Source: Lytechinus pictus (taxonomy: Eukaryota). Taken from it: DNA of 64,000 nt. A program made the position numbers and the translations under genes. The notes under the pieces were generated by a model. That model was not told the DNA's origin and searched no databases. It saw only the letters and a program-made list of their open reading frames with translations. Where the stretch lies: NCBI RefSeq assembly GCF_037042905.1, contig NC_087246.1:33604001-33668000 (forward strand). The letters are read 5' to 3'. Shown one piece after another: positions 27,768-40,122 of the stretch; the first letter of the stretch is position 1, and the number at the start of each line of letters is the position of its first letter.

Positions 27768-28814
27768 ATAAGATTTGGTCAAATAGTGCCTGTGGCAATG
27801 TTTGTATAGGGGTTAGTTGTGGGATGTTCACATTGGATACCCCTATACCAGACAGGTTGACCGGTCTAACAGAAAGGAAATCGTTTAAATTTCACGGATG
27901 AATGTTAATTTCTTCATGAATTCGGGTAGATCGAATGTAAGCAATTTTTTATTCCGTTGTTCGATTACAGGGGAAGTCGGTATATTGGTTGTTACTATTG
28001 TTGAATTCAAAACAAACCTAACGCACCAGAAGACATGATGAACTTATACTTTTGAGTTCTTGGTGTCCTGGGATAAAGGACGTAAGCCGTAAGACACACT
28101 AACGATAATGTTAATGTGCACATGTGTATTTTAAGCACTTTTAAATTATCAAAATCTAGAAACTAAGGAGCAGCCCATGTAAACCATATTTTAAACAATG
28201 CTAGAATTATATAACAAATGAGCTTCGAATATTCAGAATTTCTAATGCTAGTATGTTACAAGAAGATGTAACTTGTTAATAATGATGATGATCTTAATAT
28301 AAGGCATCTATATACCTTTCTTGCAGTCCCTCTCATAATGTAATCCAATGCTCATTTTTTTGTGTGAATTGTGTATATATTGTGTGTATATGATACTTTT
28401 ATGGATTTAATGACTAAATAAGTTGCAATTGTATAAAAAAAGATGAATGGAAAATAATAATAATAATAGTAATATTAATTTGTTACAGTTTTTTGTCAAT
28501 GGTAAAAACGATTTCCTGAATATGTATAATAGTGAACCTGCTCCTTAATTTCTCTCACAATAATTATATATGACATGATATTTGGCTATTTCATGGTTAC
28601 TTGTATTACGTTATTAAAATCTACTATAGATTAAATTCACTTGACTGGAATCGAATGCTTTATTGTTGTTCCCATTTATTGTAATTATTTTTTAAATTAA
28701 TTTTTGGACTGCGAGAATACATATTTTTTCAATCATATCCTGCGATCAATGATTAACTTTAAAAGAGCTTATAATATTATTAATAATCCTACAATAGATG
28801 ATATTGGTATCTTT

Positions 28815-28980
28815 AATATCATTATTATTATCATTGTTATTATTATTATTATTAATATCACTATTACTATCGTCGTCATTATCATCATTATCATAACTAT
28901 TATTATCATTTCCATTATCAACATCATTATCGTATTGTCTGTAGAAGCAGTAGTTGTGGTGGTGTAGTAATAGTCGAAAT

Positions 28981-29012
<32 letters not shown>

Positions 29013-29056
29013 TAATTGCAGTAGTAAAAGTAATAGTAGTAGCAGCTGTAGTAGTA
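28815..29056. repeat. Compound (ATT/ATC)n then (AGC/AGT)n microsatellite
   Basis: Seen directly; explains the spurious poly-I, poly-Y and poly-S ORFs. Confidence 0.85.
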
Positions 29057-29640
29057 ACGAAAAACTAGATAGAAACTCTCAGCCTCTTCTGCATCAGAGT
29101 ATCGAGTCCATTGGACCTTCCTTCTCTGTCTCACATCTGGAGGAAAGAACTTCAACCAAATTACTTTTATTTATCAAATTACTAAAAAAAAAAATATATA
29201 TATGTGTGTGTGTGGGGGGAGGTTGGGTGAGTTTGGTGTGTGCGTGAGGGTGGGAGTGGGTGTGGGTTTACATGTATGTACTCACACAAAAACATCCTTA
29301 TATCCTTGTATATGAATTATATACACTCACTAGCTTTATATAAATCCCAATTACACAATTCATGACAAGCAGAGAGGTGCATTGTTATTGGCCTTATGGT
29401 ACATGATTTGAGGAAAGTAAGAGGGAAGTATTCACTTCCCTTATGTACCGAAATTCCAGTCACCTTTGACTTCATGGACTTTATGATACATGATATGAGA
29501 AGGTAAGTGGGAAGTATTCACTTCCCATTTACTACAGTCACGTTACGGTCACATTTGAGTAATTCAGAACAAAACGCCACAATAACAAAGACAGTTAATT
29601 TGCCTAAAATCAACGATTTGTGTTATATATACATGTATAA

Positions 29641-29643
<3 letters not shown>

Positions 29644-29689
<46 letters not shown>
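29644..29689. repeat. (TA)n microsatellite
   Basis: Seen directly. Confidence 0.9.
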
Positions 29690-29767
29690 GATTATGCATG
29701 TTTACGGAGACCTTGCTGTTAAGAACGTCTCTGCTGTGATATATATTGGAAATATATATACTGTATA

Positions 29768-30237
29768 TGTGACCTACCACCCCAAATCCACATATAGGTT
29801 TCCTGGTAAGGTTCTCTGTTAATACCCAAATTAGTAATTTAGTCTCCAAAATCCAAAATTGAAAAATAGCTTATCTGAAAAACAATCCTTCTTCATACTG
29901 TGAAAATTTGAAGTCGTGAAGTTGATTAAAAGAAAAGGTACAAGAGTTTCTTGGACACTACTTTTTCAGACTGCTTGGAAGTTTCACTGAGATTATACAG
30001 TATGCACATCTCATGCTTGAGTGAACCCTAAACTTCAAACCTTGTTTTCTCCTTGTTTTTTAAGCCCTTGCTGAATTTCCTCTGCATTCAATCAAGCACT
30101 TGTAATGGTTATTGTTGGTCAATTTGAACATATTTATATATCATTTTAAAGCTTAGGAAATGAATTTTCAAGCTCAATAAAAATCTCAATATTCATTTTT
30201 GTCGACTTATTTGTTGGTTTTGGGGTGGCAGGTCACA
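29768..30237. mobile_element. Non-autonomous DNA transposon with TGT...ACA ends and TATA TSD (Ginger-like, tentative)
   Basis: TIRs tgtgacctaccaccccaaa / tttggggtggcaggtcaca; TATA on both flanks. Confidence 0.7.
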
Positions 30238-31088
30238 TATACAAAGAAAAGCAGATGTATATGATATACTAAAATATGCCAAAATAAATATGCGAGATCT
30301 TTCCATCGAAAGAACGGGGACTGTAAATGTACATGCTTCATGTTTGTCAAAATGACAATAGATGCATTTAAATTTGTTTTAATTCACTTATCAACCTTTA
30401 AGTTAACGAGTCGCGGTGATCATGGTGGTGTTCAGCTTGGGGGTATAATGACAACATACATCTTTTATATTGGTGCCTAGTATCAATGGCATTGATGGTA
30501 ATACTGTACGTGATTATTCAATTTGTGACTGAAATATCTGTACCTTGTATCTTTTAATGCTGACCTTACAAAAACCAGGCTACAGGATAGACGACTAAAG
30601 ACAGGGGCAATGGGGCAGTCCCACCCTTTCTACCAAACAAAGAGGACATAGAAAAAACGGCAGAGTGAAACGTCTGATCCCCGCTCCCTTGAAAGTGCGC
30701 TTCGCGTGTGCACAATCAGCCCCTTTTTGTCATGTTTATTGAAAACCTGGCTTGCTTAGAGCGTTTTTTGGAGACTGAATTTCATTCAAGATTGCGTTAT
30801 ATTCGTCAGTGGTTAAATTCCATATTCAACAACGCATGTCTCATTCTAATTCCCGTTATTATCGAGCAAGATCATTACAGAGCTTCATACATTACAGAGG
30901 AAGGAGATCCCTGCAAACGGTGCCAATAAGCATGGAAACACGGTATATATTCTTGGTAAGTTCAACTATATTCATTGATACTCTGTGGTAGTATTTATAC
31001 CAGGCATATCCAGAAATGACGTTTTTGTTTTATTTTGCAGGAATAAAGGGATTTGTTCGTAGTTGTCCGTATTACTTTTGTTGTTATT

Positions 31089-31400
31089 AAGGAGTTATCA
31101 CACTGGCACGCAGAACGCTTTCAAGAACATAGAAAATGTATTGTCAAATGCCCTTCATAACAATAAGCAACCAAGAAGTCTTTGTCGAAAATTGATGAAT
31201 CAAAGCAGCAACTTCGTCCTGGACTCTGGACATACGACATATTTGTATTTTTTCGTCAGCTCCGAAACCTAGGAAGAACTGCTGTTCCGATTCACAAATT
31301 TTCGAGAAAGACCTCCCAGCTGTTCATTGTCATTTGACGGGCATTTTCAATACATTAACTGTATTCTTGAATTCGTTCTGAGTCGCAGTGCGGAAGCATG
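31089..31400 (+). mobile_element. ~300-bp MITE family, copy 4
   Basis: Same core; ends eroded, boundaries approximate. Confidence 0.65.
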
Positions 31401-31417
31401 ATATCTTCGTAAATCAG

Positions 31418-31578
31418 GAAAACGTTTCATGAAAGGACATTTCGGAAGTTTTATCAGACAAGTCCTGTTTTATCCGACAGTTACCATAGTAACAGTACTT
31501 CTCAGCCAATCAAAATGAAGGAAAGTTGTCAGATCTGACAACTTGTCGGACAAAAATATTGATGAGACGTTCCTCTGG
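31418..31578. mobile_element. Degenerate MITE (cgtttcatgaaa...tgatgagacg)
   Basis: Imperfect TIRs with internal gtcgga/tccgac repeats; boundaries approximate. Confidence 0.5.
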
Positions 31579-31751
31579 ACGGGTTGAAGGAATTTAAAGT
31601 CAACTTTGATGACCTTTGCTGTTCTCAGTGCTCATGCTATACAGCACGCCCTTAAACATATTTTATCCAGGCAATCCATTGGTCGATTAAAAAAAAAATG
31701 AACATACAAACAGTTCGCTTACATTAAAATCGGTTCTATCCAGCAGTTGGT

Positions 31752-31870
31752 AGATTCATATTTTCATGAACTTATAGGTGGGTTTAATATTTTGCAGAGT
31801 GAATAGATCCATATTTTCACGAACTTATAGGTTGGTTTAATATTTTGCAGAGTGAATAGATCCATATTTT
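31752..31870. repeat. ~53-bp tandem duplication upstream of SDR gene 2
   Basis: agat(t/c)catattttca(t/c)gaacttataggt(g/t)ggtttaatattttgcagagtgaat occurs twice. Confidence 0.8.
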
Positions 31871-32169
31871 TTTCTCCAAAGTGTTTCTGTAATAAGTGGC
31901 AAAATTGTGAAAAAAGTGTGAACCCCGATGGATTGACACTTTAGATCAATAGAACTTCTAAGTAAAAATACCACTCAGGATTAAGTTTGTTACTGTTTTG
32001 ATATTAAAAATCACAAAACATTTAGTATCAAAAGTACTACCTATGAATTAACCATCAATCAATGTGATAAGGGTAAATACACAAGAAGTGCAGAATCATT
32101 TGCTATTCGTTTTATGGACTGTATGGATTTTTTTTCATACATATTTTCATGTCATTCGTTTGCAGAGAA

Positions 32170-32464
32170 ATGTCTTCTCAAATTGTTCTGATGACCGGCT
32201 GTTCATCGGGTATCGGTCTTGCGACAGCTAAACGTCTCGCTCTGGTACCGAATCAGCGATACATCGTCATCGCTACCGTCATCGCGATATCCGAGAAGAC
32301 TGACTTGGTATCTGCCGTAGGGGACGCTCTCAATAAGACAATTTTTATTGAGGAATTGGACGTCACAAAGGATAATGACATCACGTCCGTAGTGGATAAA
32401 ACTCTTAAAGAGTACGGGAGAATCGATATACTCATGGACCTATAATAGGTCCATGATATACTTA
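32170..32464 (+). CDS. SDR gene 2, coding exon 1 (interrupted)
   Basis: MSSQIVLMTGCSSGIG...GRIDIL; acceptor tttgcag| ending at 32165 implies an upstream non-coding exon; donor a|gtaagt at 32465. Confidence 0.8.
32433..32455. mobile_element. 23-bp palindromic transposon remnant, putative P-superfamily excision footprint
   Basis: CATGGACCTATAATAGGTCCATG flanked by direct repeat ATATACT (32426-32432 and 32456-32462). Confidence 0.85.
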
Positions 32465-33385
32465 GTAAGTCATTGATGATGTATTCAAAGTGGTCTCAGG
32501 TGTCACGCGCGTAAAACATTCCCCATAGACTTGTGTATTAAAATGGCACTTAAGAAAAATTCATAAAAAATAAATGTGAAATTAGAGGGTCAAATGTTTA
32601 CTACCTTTGGATAGGATATATATCTGACATTCCATATCTGACCAGAGAAGGGTATCGTAGCCAGCTCATTTTAAAAATAAATCGCCATTTATGAAGATAA
32701 CTATGATGGGATCAAATTCATCAACTGAAACAGTAAAATAGCCCCAATTCTTCCACCAGTCAAAAAATAGTTCCAAATCATCGATATATCTTCCCAATTT
32801 GGGCAAAGGAAGTTCAGTAGTTACCATTTCTAGAATCAGTGTTAGATTTTGAATCATAATCACACACTTTTGCCAATCAGCAATATCAAATTGAAAAAAT
32901 TCGAATGGGTTGGGTCGAACGAGTATCTTTAGCCCTCCTGATGTAATTAGGCTCGTGGCATCCTCAGATGTCCGGTCCAGTATCAGTCATGACTGTCAGT
33001 GACGATTAAGAAACCGCCTTAACCGTTGTTGACCGCAATCATGCAGTAATACAGCCACAATAGACCTTAATACAACCACTGAAGACCGAAGCATACCGAA
33101 TAAGAACCGTTCTCAGTATTTCTGTCCAGAACGCTAAAGACGCCTAGATGGCTCACCGAATCGTCATCTTTCGACTCCGATCATTAATATAGACTAAAGC
33201 ATCCCTTATGCTCGTGAAAATTAATGAAAATTGGAATAACGATCCAACTGGTGTTACGACAATTTGTCCTCTGACGTCCATGTAAATGTTTCCAATTTCA
33301 TTTTGCTACTTTGATTTATGTTTCGGTGTAGAAAATATTGAAAGCGTATAGTCAGTATTAACTCTCACTTTGTTTCCCGACCTAG

Positions 33386-33565
33386 TAAATGTCGCTGGCA
33401 TCTGCTTCGTTGAGATTCCCGAGCGAGTCCCGCGTGACATGATAGAGAAGATCTTCAACGTCAACGTGTTTGGAGCGATGAGACTCACCCAGGCAGTTCT
33501 GTCTCAGATGAAAAAAAGAAAAGATGGAAAGATTGTAACCATAACAAGTTTGTCAGGAAGAATAG
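33386..33565 (+). CDS. SDR gene 2, coding exon 2
   Basis: ctag| acceptor; encodes NVAG...FNVNVFG...GKIVTITSLSGRI; donor g|gtaag; 180 nt. Confidence 0.85.
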
Positions 33566-34209
33566 GTAAGAGGGGCTTAGCAATAATGTCGTTCAGAATA
33601 ATCATTAAATTTTCCTAGTTTCTCTTGAAGCGAGCAAAACAACAAAATAGGTACTATCGAACTGAAATACATGTACTCGAAGAAGTTACCCCATGCAGTA
33701 ATAGCTTTGAAAACAGGCTACATAATATCATTACAAAAGCATGATGAAAACCTCTCTCCCCCCCCTCTCTCTCTCTCTCTCTCTCTATCGAATGCATATT
33801 TACCAGAGGTGCTATAAATCGCATGAATTATGATTATATTCAATTTGTTTATAGCGCATATTGTTGTGTACAACGTCTACTCTTAGCTTAATAGCAAATA
33901 TTCTTTGCACAATGGTACGACATTTCGCATTCGGTGAAAGAAAGAAGGAAACTCGTCAAATAGACGACTGTACCAGCTCTATGAAACACTCTTGTTCTAA
34001 GAGCCACAATTGGTAAAAAGTTAGTCCGACCAAGGTCCGACAGCCTAAATACGTACTGGCTTATACCCAGCAAGGTACCGACTATTACGCCAAATATGGA
34101 CCTGATGGCATTTGACTAAATATCATGCTAAACGCCATTTCTGCTTGCTCATTAATCAAAATATCCCAACAACCTACAATCACTAATCACGTCTTTTTTG
34201 TTACCATAG

Positions 34210-34303
34210 CAATGCCATACGCCGAGATGTACAGTTCGACTAAATTTGCCTTGGAAGGTTTCTTCGAGGTCCTGGCTGTTGGATTACGTGCGTTCAATAT
34301 TAG
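34210..34303 (+). CDS. SDR gene 2, coding exon 3
   Basis: catag| acceptor; encodes MPYAEMYSSTKFALEGFFEVLAVGLRAFNI; donor ag|gtgag; 94 nt. Confidence 0.85.
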
Positions 34304-34609
34304 GTGAGCTGACATTCAGTCATAAGGCATTCGTGGTTGTTAATGTTCTTTTAGGGTGTGACGTCTGGCAAGGGTTATTTCATATTAATCTTTCATCTCC
34401 AGAAATATCCAGAAACAATTAGCTCTCATATGATCATTCGATTATTCAGAGAAGTACCAGTGGACATTCATTTACAATTACATTTAGCTCATAGTAAAGG
34501 AGACGACTTTTCAAGGCACCTATGGTGTCTCAAACTATTTTAAAATTCATCGTGGAGAACCAATGTTTCTTAATATGCACGCAAAATTAAAGTTGTTTAA
34601 TATTTTCAG

Positions 34610-34937
34610 AATTTGTGTAGTGGAGCCTGGGCCAGTAGCAACCAGTTTATTGCACGGGCTCGTAAAGAATTTTGACGCCATACTCGATGACGAATCCCTC
34701 AACATCATCGACCGTCGACATGTTCAAGGATTCGTTGATAAATCGGCTATTGGAGAAGGACAATACAATGTCATGATGGCAGACGATGTCGCCAACTCCA
34801 TTGTGACAAGATGTATCGAGGCCGAGAAACCAGATCTCAGACACTTCCTTCCAGAACATCTCGGCGAGATGGTCCAGACAGGAATAGCCGACCTCACAGG
34901 AGAAAAGATTGTCGAAAATGGACAGTCTTTGATCTGA
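34610..34937 (+). CDS. SDR gene 2, coding exon 4
   Basis: ttttcag| acceptor; encodes ICVVEPGPVAT...ADLTGEKIVENGQSLI*, colinear with gene 1 exon 4. Confidence 0.85.
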
Positions 34938-35064
34938 ACTCTAAGGACATTATTGTCGTCTATGGGAGTGGCAGGGGAAGAGATTATGTTTAAGAGGACT
35001 CTAATCTTAGTGTTCTTCCAAGATCTGTAAGGCATCTTGTCACGTGGAATCACAATAAGCCTTG

Positions 35065-35845
35065 CCACTGTAGTAGGAATGTTAAGCACTTACTGTCCTT
35101 TGATATTATGAAGAAGCTGTACTTTTCAATGATTTTACCTTACATTGATTACTGTATTACATCTTGGGGAAGCAGTGCAAAAATACATTTAGATAAGATA
35201 CAAAAACTTCAAATTAAATATGCCAGAATGCTTTTGAAAAAAGATTATAATACATCACAAATTTCTTTGTTGCAGTCACTGAAGTGGCAATCAGTAGATC
35301 AGCGTATAAAATATCAGTATTGTGTTCTTGTATATAAAATAATGAATGATTTAGTTCCAAATTATTTAAAACCTTTAGTATGTAAACGGCCCGTGAAATA
35401 CAGGACACGGTATTCTTTACGATGCCCCCTTCAGCTTCCCAAAGCTAGAATTGAACATAAACGAAAATCTTTCGCATATGTCGGACCCAAATTATTTAAT
35501 GCACTTCCTTCAAATTTACAAGTTTGTACCTCCTTGTTAGTTTTTAAAAAATTATGCAAAGCCTTTCATACGAATTGATAAAGAGCGAAATGATATTCCA
35601 TTGATTTACAATGCTATGTATGTTTAAATTGTCACTTCCCACTCTATATTTTGGTGTTAATTGTTTCTGATGTTAGATATTTTGTATTTTGTATTTTTGA
35701 TGTTGTTTGTTGTTGTTGTTCATAGTTATCTTGATATGTATTTTAAACTGCAGGGCGCCTTTGTAAAGCAGTTTTAAGAACTGAACAGGCCTACCCTGCA
35801 GTATAAAATAAATAAAACAAAATAAATAAATAAATAAATAAATAT
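35065..35845 (+). mobile_element. 5'-truncated L2/CR1-group LINE just downstream of SDR gene 2
   Basis: ORF 35108-35578 (LYFSMILPYIDYCITSWG...SFAYVGPKLFNALP); 3' hairpin gcagggcg...ccctgc; (aaat)n tail. Confidence 0.88.
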
Positions 35846-36994
35846 AAATGTACTAACTGAAGATGACTCGTTGGGAGAATATACAAGAATGCAAATTAAG
35901 ATGTTAGGTTTCTTTTTTTTTCGACTCTTACAATTTGGTCTTCCAGCAGAACTTTTCATAATCTTATTTGTTATAAATTTCTTAATTTCAATTTCTTGAG
36001 CAATAGTATTATAGTAATGTTTTGGGTTTTTTTTCATTGTGACACGACTCTGCAGGATTAAGTTAAAGCATTTAGTTAAAGCAACGGTCACAAATGCCTC
36101 TACGAACACATACGATTTTATACCATTTATTGCTATATATAAAAATTGTTCGTACGGTCACTATGTTAGTAAAAGAATTTGTGACGTATATAGCATAAGG
36201 CGTGATTCTAGATCAAAAAGGGGACAAAGAGTCTTGGGCCATAGAAAAAAAATTGAAAAGACCATTCATTGGGAAAAAGATGGGTTGATGCGATTATTGC
36301 TAAATATGAATTTATGCACTTCTACAGTCTATTCCGAAATCATTTTGAGGTTTATATTACGATCGAGCAAAGTGAGCGAGGAAAGATACCTTTTTGTGGT
36401 ATGAATGCAATATCTTAATCAAAAATATGCCATGTGCCTATATATATAATATTTTGAAATGTCAGTCTCTAAAATCCCGAAACCATACTCTCGTCGTTAC
36501 TCTAAAGGACAAGCTATGTTTCCCTGCTGTACAACTCTCTGTCGATAAAATTGTTTTGATGATTTCGGTTTATTGTTACACTTTCTTGTTCTTATTTCCC
36601 TTTTTTTAGAATAATGTTGACATAGTATAAAGTGAGGAAAAACAGCTCCCGTTTTACAGTTGAAGTAATAATTTGCCTTTAAAACACATCCATGCCTGCT
36701 GGATTTTGTTTCATTTTATGCGGTTTGTCGGATCCTTGTCGCAATGGAGTCACTTTGCAATGAATAACAACAATATTCTTTTTATTTTCATGCAACTTGT
36801 CAGTAATTACACCGAAGAACTTATCTCTGCCAGTAAGATACAAGATTCTCAGGTGGTTTTTATTTAAATTCACTGACAAATCCTTTCATGATACTCTCCC
36901 CAGATCAAAAGGAATAACAGATGATATCTTTACCCTTACAAGTAACAATAACAAGCTAACCCGTAGTCCAAACGGTGATGTAGTCGTAGCAGTA

Positions 36995-37317
36995 NNNNNN
37001 NNNNNNNNNNNNNNNNNNNNNNNNNNNNNNNNNNNNNNNNNNNNNNNNNNNNNNNNNNNNNNNNNNNNNNNNNNNNNNNNNNNNNNNNNNNNNNNNNNNN
37101 NNNNNNNNNNNNNNNNNNNNNNNNNNNNNNNNNNNNNNNNNNNNNNNNNNNNNNNNNNNNNNNNNNNNNNNNNNNNNNNNNNNNNNNNNNNNNNNNNNNN
37201 NNNNNNNNNNNNNNNNNNNNNNNNNNNNNNNNNNNNNNNNNNNNNNNNNNNNNNNNNNNNNNNNNNNNNNNNNNNNNNNNNNNNNNNNNNNNNNNNNNNN
37301 NNNNNNNNNNNNNNNNN
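36995..37317. other. N run (gap or masked simple repeat)
   Basis: 323 N flanked by gta/gtg triplet sequence. Confidence 0.95.
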
Positions 37318-37362
37318 TGATGGTAGTGGGAGTGGCCGTCATTGTCATCAAGGTGGTAATAG

Positions 37363-37690
37363 TTCACCTCACCTGGGTAGAGTACAACACAAAGTGGATC
37401 TTTTTCTGGCTAAAGGAAATTGCGCCGTTGCTGGGAGTCGAACTCGCGACGCTCTGTTTTCATTATATATAATGACGAAACAAATTGTGAATATCATATA
37501 ATATTTGGTAGTTAATCATTTTTGTCTGGATTTTTTTTTTTTTTTTAGTACACTTTATTTATGATTCATGCCAAAAATGCTAACATATTGTGTTTATTAT
37601 GTTATGGAAAATGTATTATACGAATGTTCCATAGATGCAGAAGAAAACAATAAATCAAATCAAATCAGATCCACCATACCACAACGCTCC
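37363..37690 (-). mobile_element. tRNA-derived SINE, interrupted by a ~200-bp insertion with a + strand aataaa(tcaaa)n tail
   Basis: Minus strand shows an A-box-like ggagcgttgtgg head at 37690 and B box gagttcgactccc near 37445, separated by the AT-rich insert ~37465-37667. Confidence 0.6.
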
Positions 37691-39943
37691 ACTGATAACT
37701 TATTCCGATATTTCTCCCCTCTCTCTCTTGTATGTCTATTACTTTCAAATTCAAATTGAAATCGTACGAAATAGTAGGCTGTGTTTGTAATTTGAAAGTA
37801 TGACATTTACATCCAAATAATCAGTTGTAGTCTGATATGAGATACAGAATTATACAAATTAAGACGCTAGCATGTTTGTTTTCAATATATTCCATCAGAA
37901 AAATATATATATATGACGACGAAACAATGGTTGCAATGAATGCAAATCAAGCTGATATCATGATTATTTGGGGGTATTTTTAGAATGTTTTCTGTACGTA
38001 TACGTCATATTTCACGCTTGGGGATCATGTGGATAAAAGAAGCTTACGAATCGAGCATGTTTACGTCCAATGTATTTGTCACGGAATAAAACTCTTAACA
38101 CCAGCTGTTTTCAGTAAATCTATCCATTTAGTCATATAAGTCCCGAAAATGTCACAGTTCGTAGGCCTAATAATATTATTGAAAACACCGTTTCTTTCAA
38201 AGCAGACACTGTCGCAAATAGACTTAATTTTTTTAAAGTGTGAGTGTAATGAGATTCATGGACAAGTATAATTTGATTAATTTCGAAAGAAAAGACATGA
38301 ATAACATTTACTTGATTCATATACATATACCTTTTAAGGAAGGTATATAGTCAGACGAAAAAAGAGCGTAGATTAAAATAATGCACACAATGTTTTTATC
38401 CATTATCTGCCATCAACTATGTAGAATATCAATTGTGGAACATACGGTTATCAATAAACAGTATGACATTACTTAAACGTTTCAGACTTAATTTATAACA
38501 CACATAAAGTGTTTTAGACAAACATGAAGTGATGCACGAGACCAAAAATGTAGAGCAAGTGTACATCATCATAATTATAGAAAAACTGATATTTTGGCAT
38601 TGGCGGTGAATTTTAACCGGCTCTTTCAGTACACGTAGATATTGCGCCCTCTGTATCTATCTTGGTGGATAATCTTTTGAATGAATTATTTTTCTTGCGA
38701 ATGATCCCGATCTATCAGTCATTAATTTGGCCTATACAAGATACATGATAGCTTGAATTTCCCTATTAATACCCTTTTAACTCAAAAATAAAAGTTGTGA
38801 TTTTAAAGGGAACACGAATGGCTTCCCGAAATTAGATTGTGTCAGAGATTATGAAAAATCAAAATGCTAGGAAATGCGACCGAACCTTAACCATCACAGT
38901 CACATGATAAAATTGCAATGAAATCCTAAGGATTAGTTTAAAATAGTATTTCGGTATTTTCCCATCTGTAAATCTATTCCGCACGGCACTGAATATAATG
39001 CAATACATTATTCTCCGGGTAATAAAAAACAATGCGAGCATGATTATACTTGACTTATTTCAGGGCCTGAGGAAACAAAGTTTAGAAGTGAGATTATCAA
39101 GAGTTCGCCTATTGTGTAATTAAACCAGAGAGATGATCTGGTCGTCCGCCGGATAGGTATCACTGATAGTAAGTCCCTTTCGATGCGCCTTCTCGAAAAT
39201 TACAAAGCAACATAACAATTCGAAGACTTTCACAATTTCAACATTTTTGGCAATACATTAATAAAGGCAAAGCAAATGAGTAACAAAGGGTAAATAGAAC
39301 CATGAGCAACTAAAGAAAAACGGGTTAAAACCAAAATGAGTGGGATATCATCATGGAGTAAGGAAGGAATAAACTTTTTTTAAGATAAGCGCACAGATGA
39401 TTCAATTGATTGAGACAACTGCTGAATGGGCTATTTCTGAAAAAAGTAGGATTTTCATAAATTTCCAAAGGACATACTCAGCTCTAGAAAGAGATCGAGT
39501 GTATTGAAAAAGGGGGAGTGACACAGCCAGTTCGTAGTTCCATTCTGCGCATAATCAGAAGATTCTGCGCATTATCAGAAGAAGGTCATTTGTACTAACG
39601 TGACGAGGTGGTTTAATATTTAATGAGATAAGCACCATTCTAGATGTCTTGATTATTCATATATTCTTTTGAAATGTGTTTTTCAGTACATCCACAAAAA
39701 AATGCATCCACTAACACTGGTTTTTAACAGTTGGCCAAGTACATTGCACTCAAAGAAGAAATGCAACAAAAACCTTCAAAGAGTGTTCATTGGTGTGCTA
39801 TTCTGGTCACCTGGTCTATGCAATTTCTGCATCCTGCTATGTGAGGCATGCTTACATAAGATCTTTCTTTGAAATCTGCCTATCATAATGAAAGAAATGA
39901 AAGGTCATTTTACCGAAATTGCCCATTTGGTAACTATGAACTG

Positions 39944-40122
39944 GTGGGTGTTTCATAAAGCTGTTCGTAAATTTACGCACAACTTTTCGAACGATTGGAA
40001 CATGTTCTTAGGTCATAAATCAATTAAATACGGATATCACATAGCACAAGAAAGGATTACCAGTTGTGCGTAAAGTCATTCGTATCTTACGAACATGACG
40101 AACTGCTTTATGAAACACCCAC
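39944..40122. mobile_element. MITE, same TIR family
   Basis: TIRs gtgggtgtttcataaagc / gctttatgaaacacccac. Confidence 0.8.

Larger units (their letters stand above)
32170..34937 (+). pseudogene. SDR gene 2 (tandem paralogue); this allele has a premature stop from a 30-bp insertion in exon 1
   Basis: Exons 32170-32464, 33386-33565, 34210-34303 and 34610-34937 with canonical GT-AG and the same phases as gene 1; exon 1 is 265+30 nt with in-frame TAA TAG at 32443-32448; removing the insertion restores a 288-aa ORF. Confidence 0.82.

Noticed and set aside
28704-29247. Poly-Ile, poly-Tyr and poly-Ser ORFs
   Set aside because: Translations of triplet microsatellites
32149-32169. Upstream ATG extension MSFVCRE of gene 2
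   Set aside because: Overlaps the polypyrimidine tract and acceptor; homology with gene 1 starts at the ATG at 32170
36797-37501. Long ORFs of 131-234 aa
   Set aside because: Open only because they cross an N run; the same applies to 62747-63371
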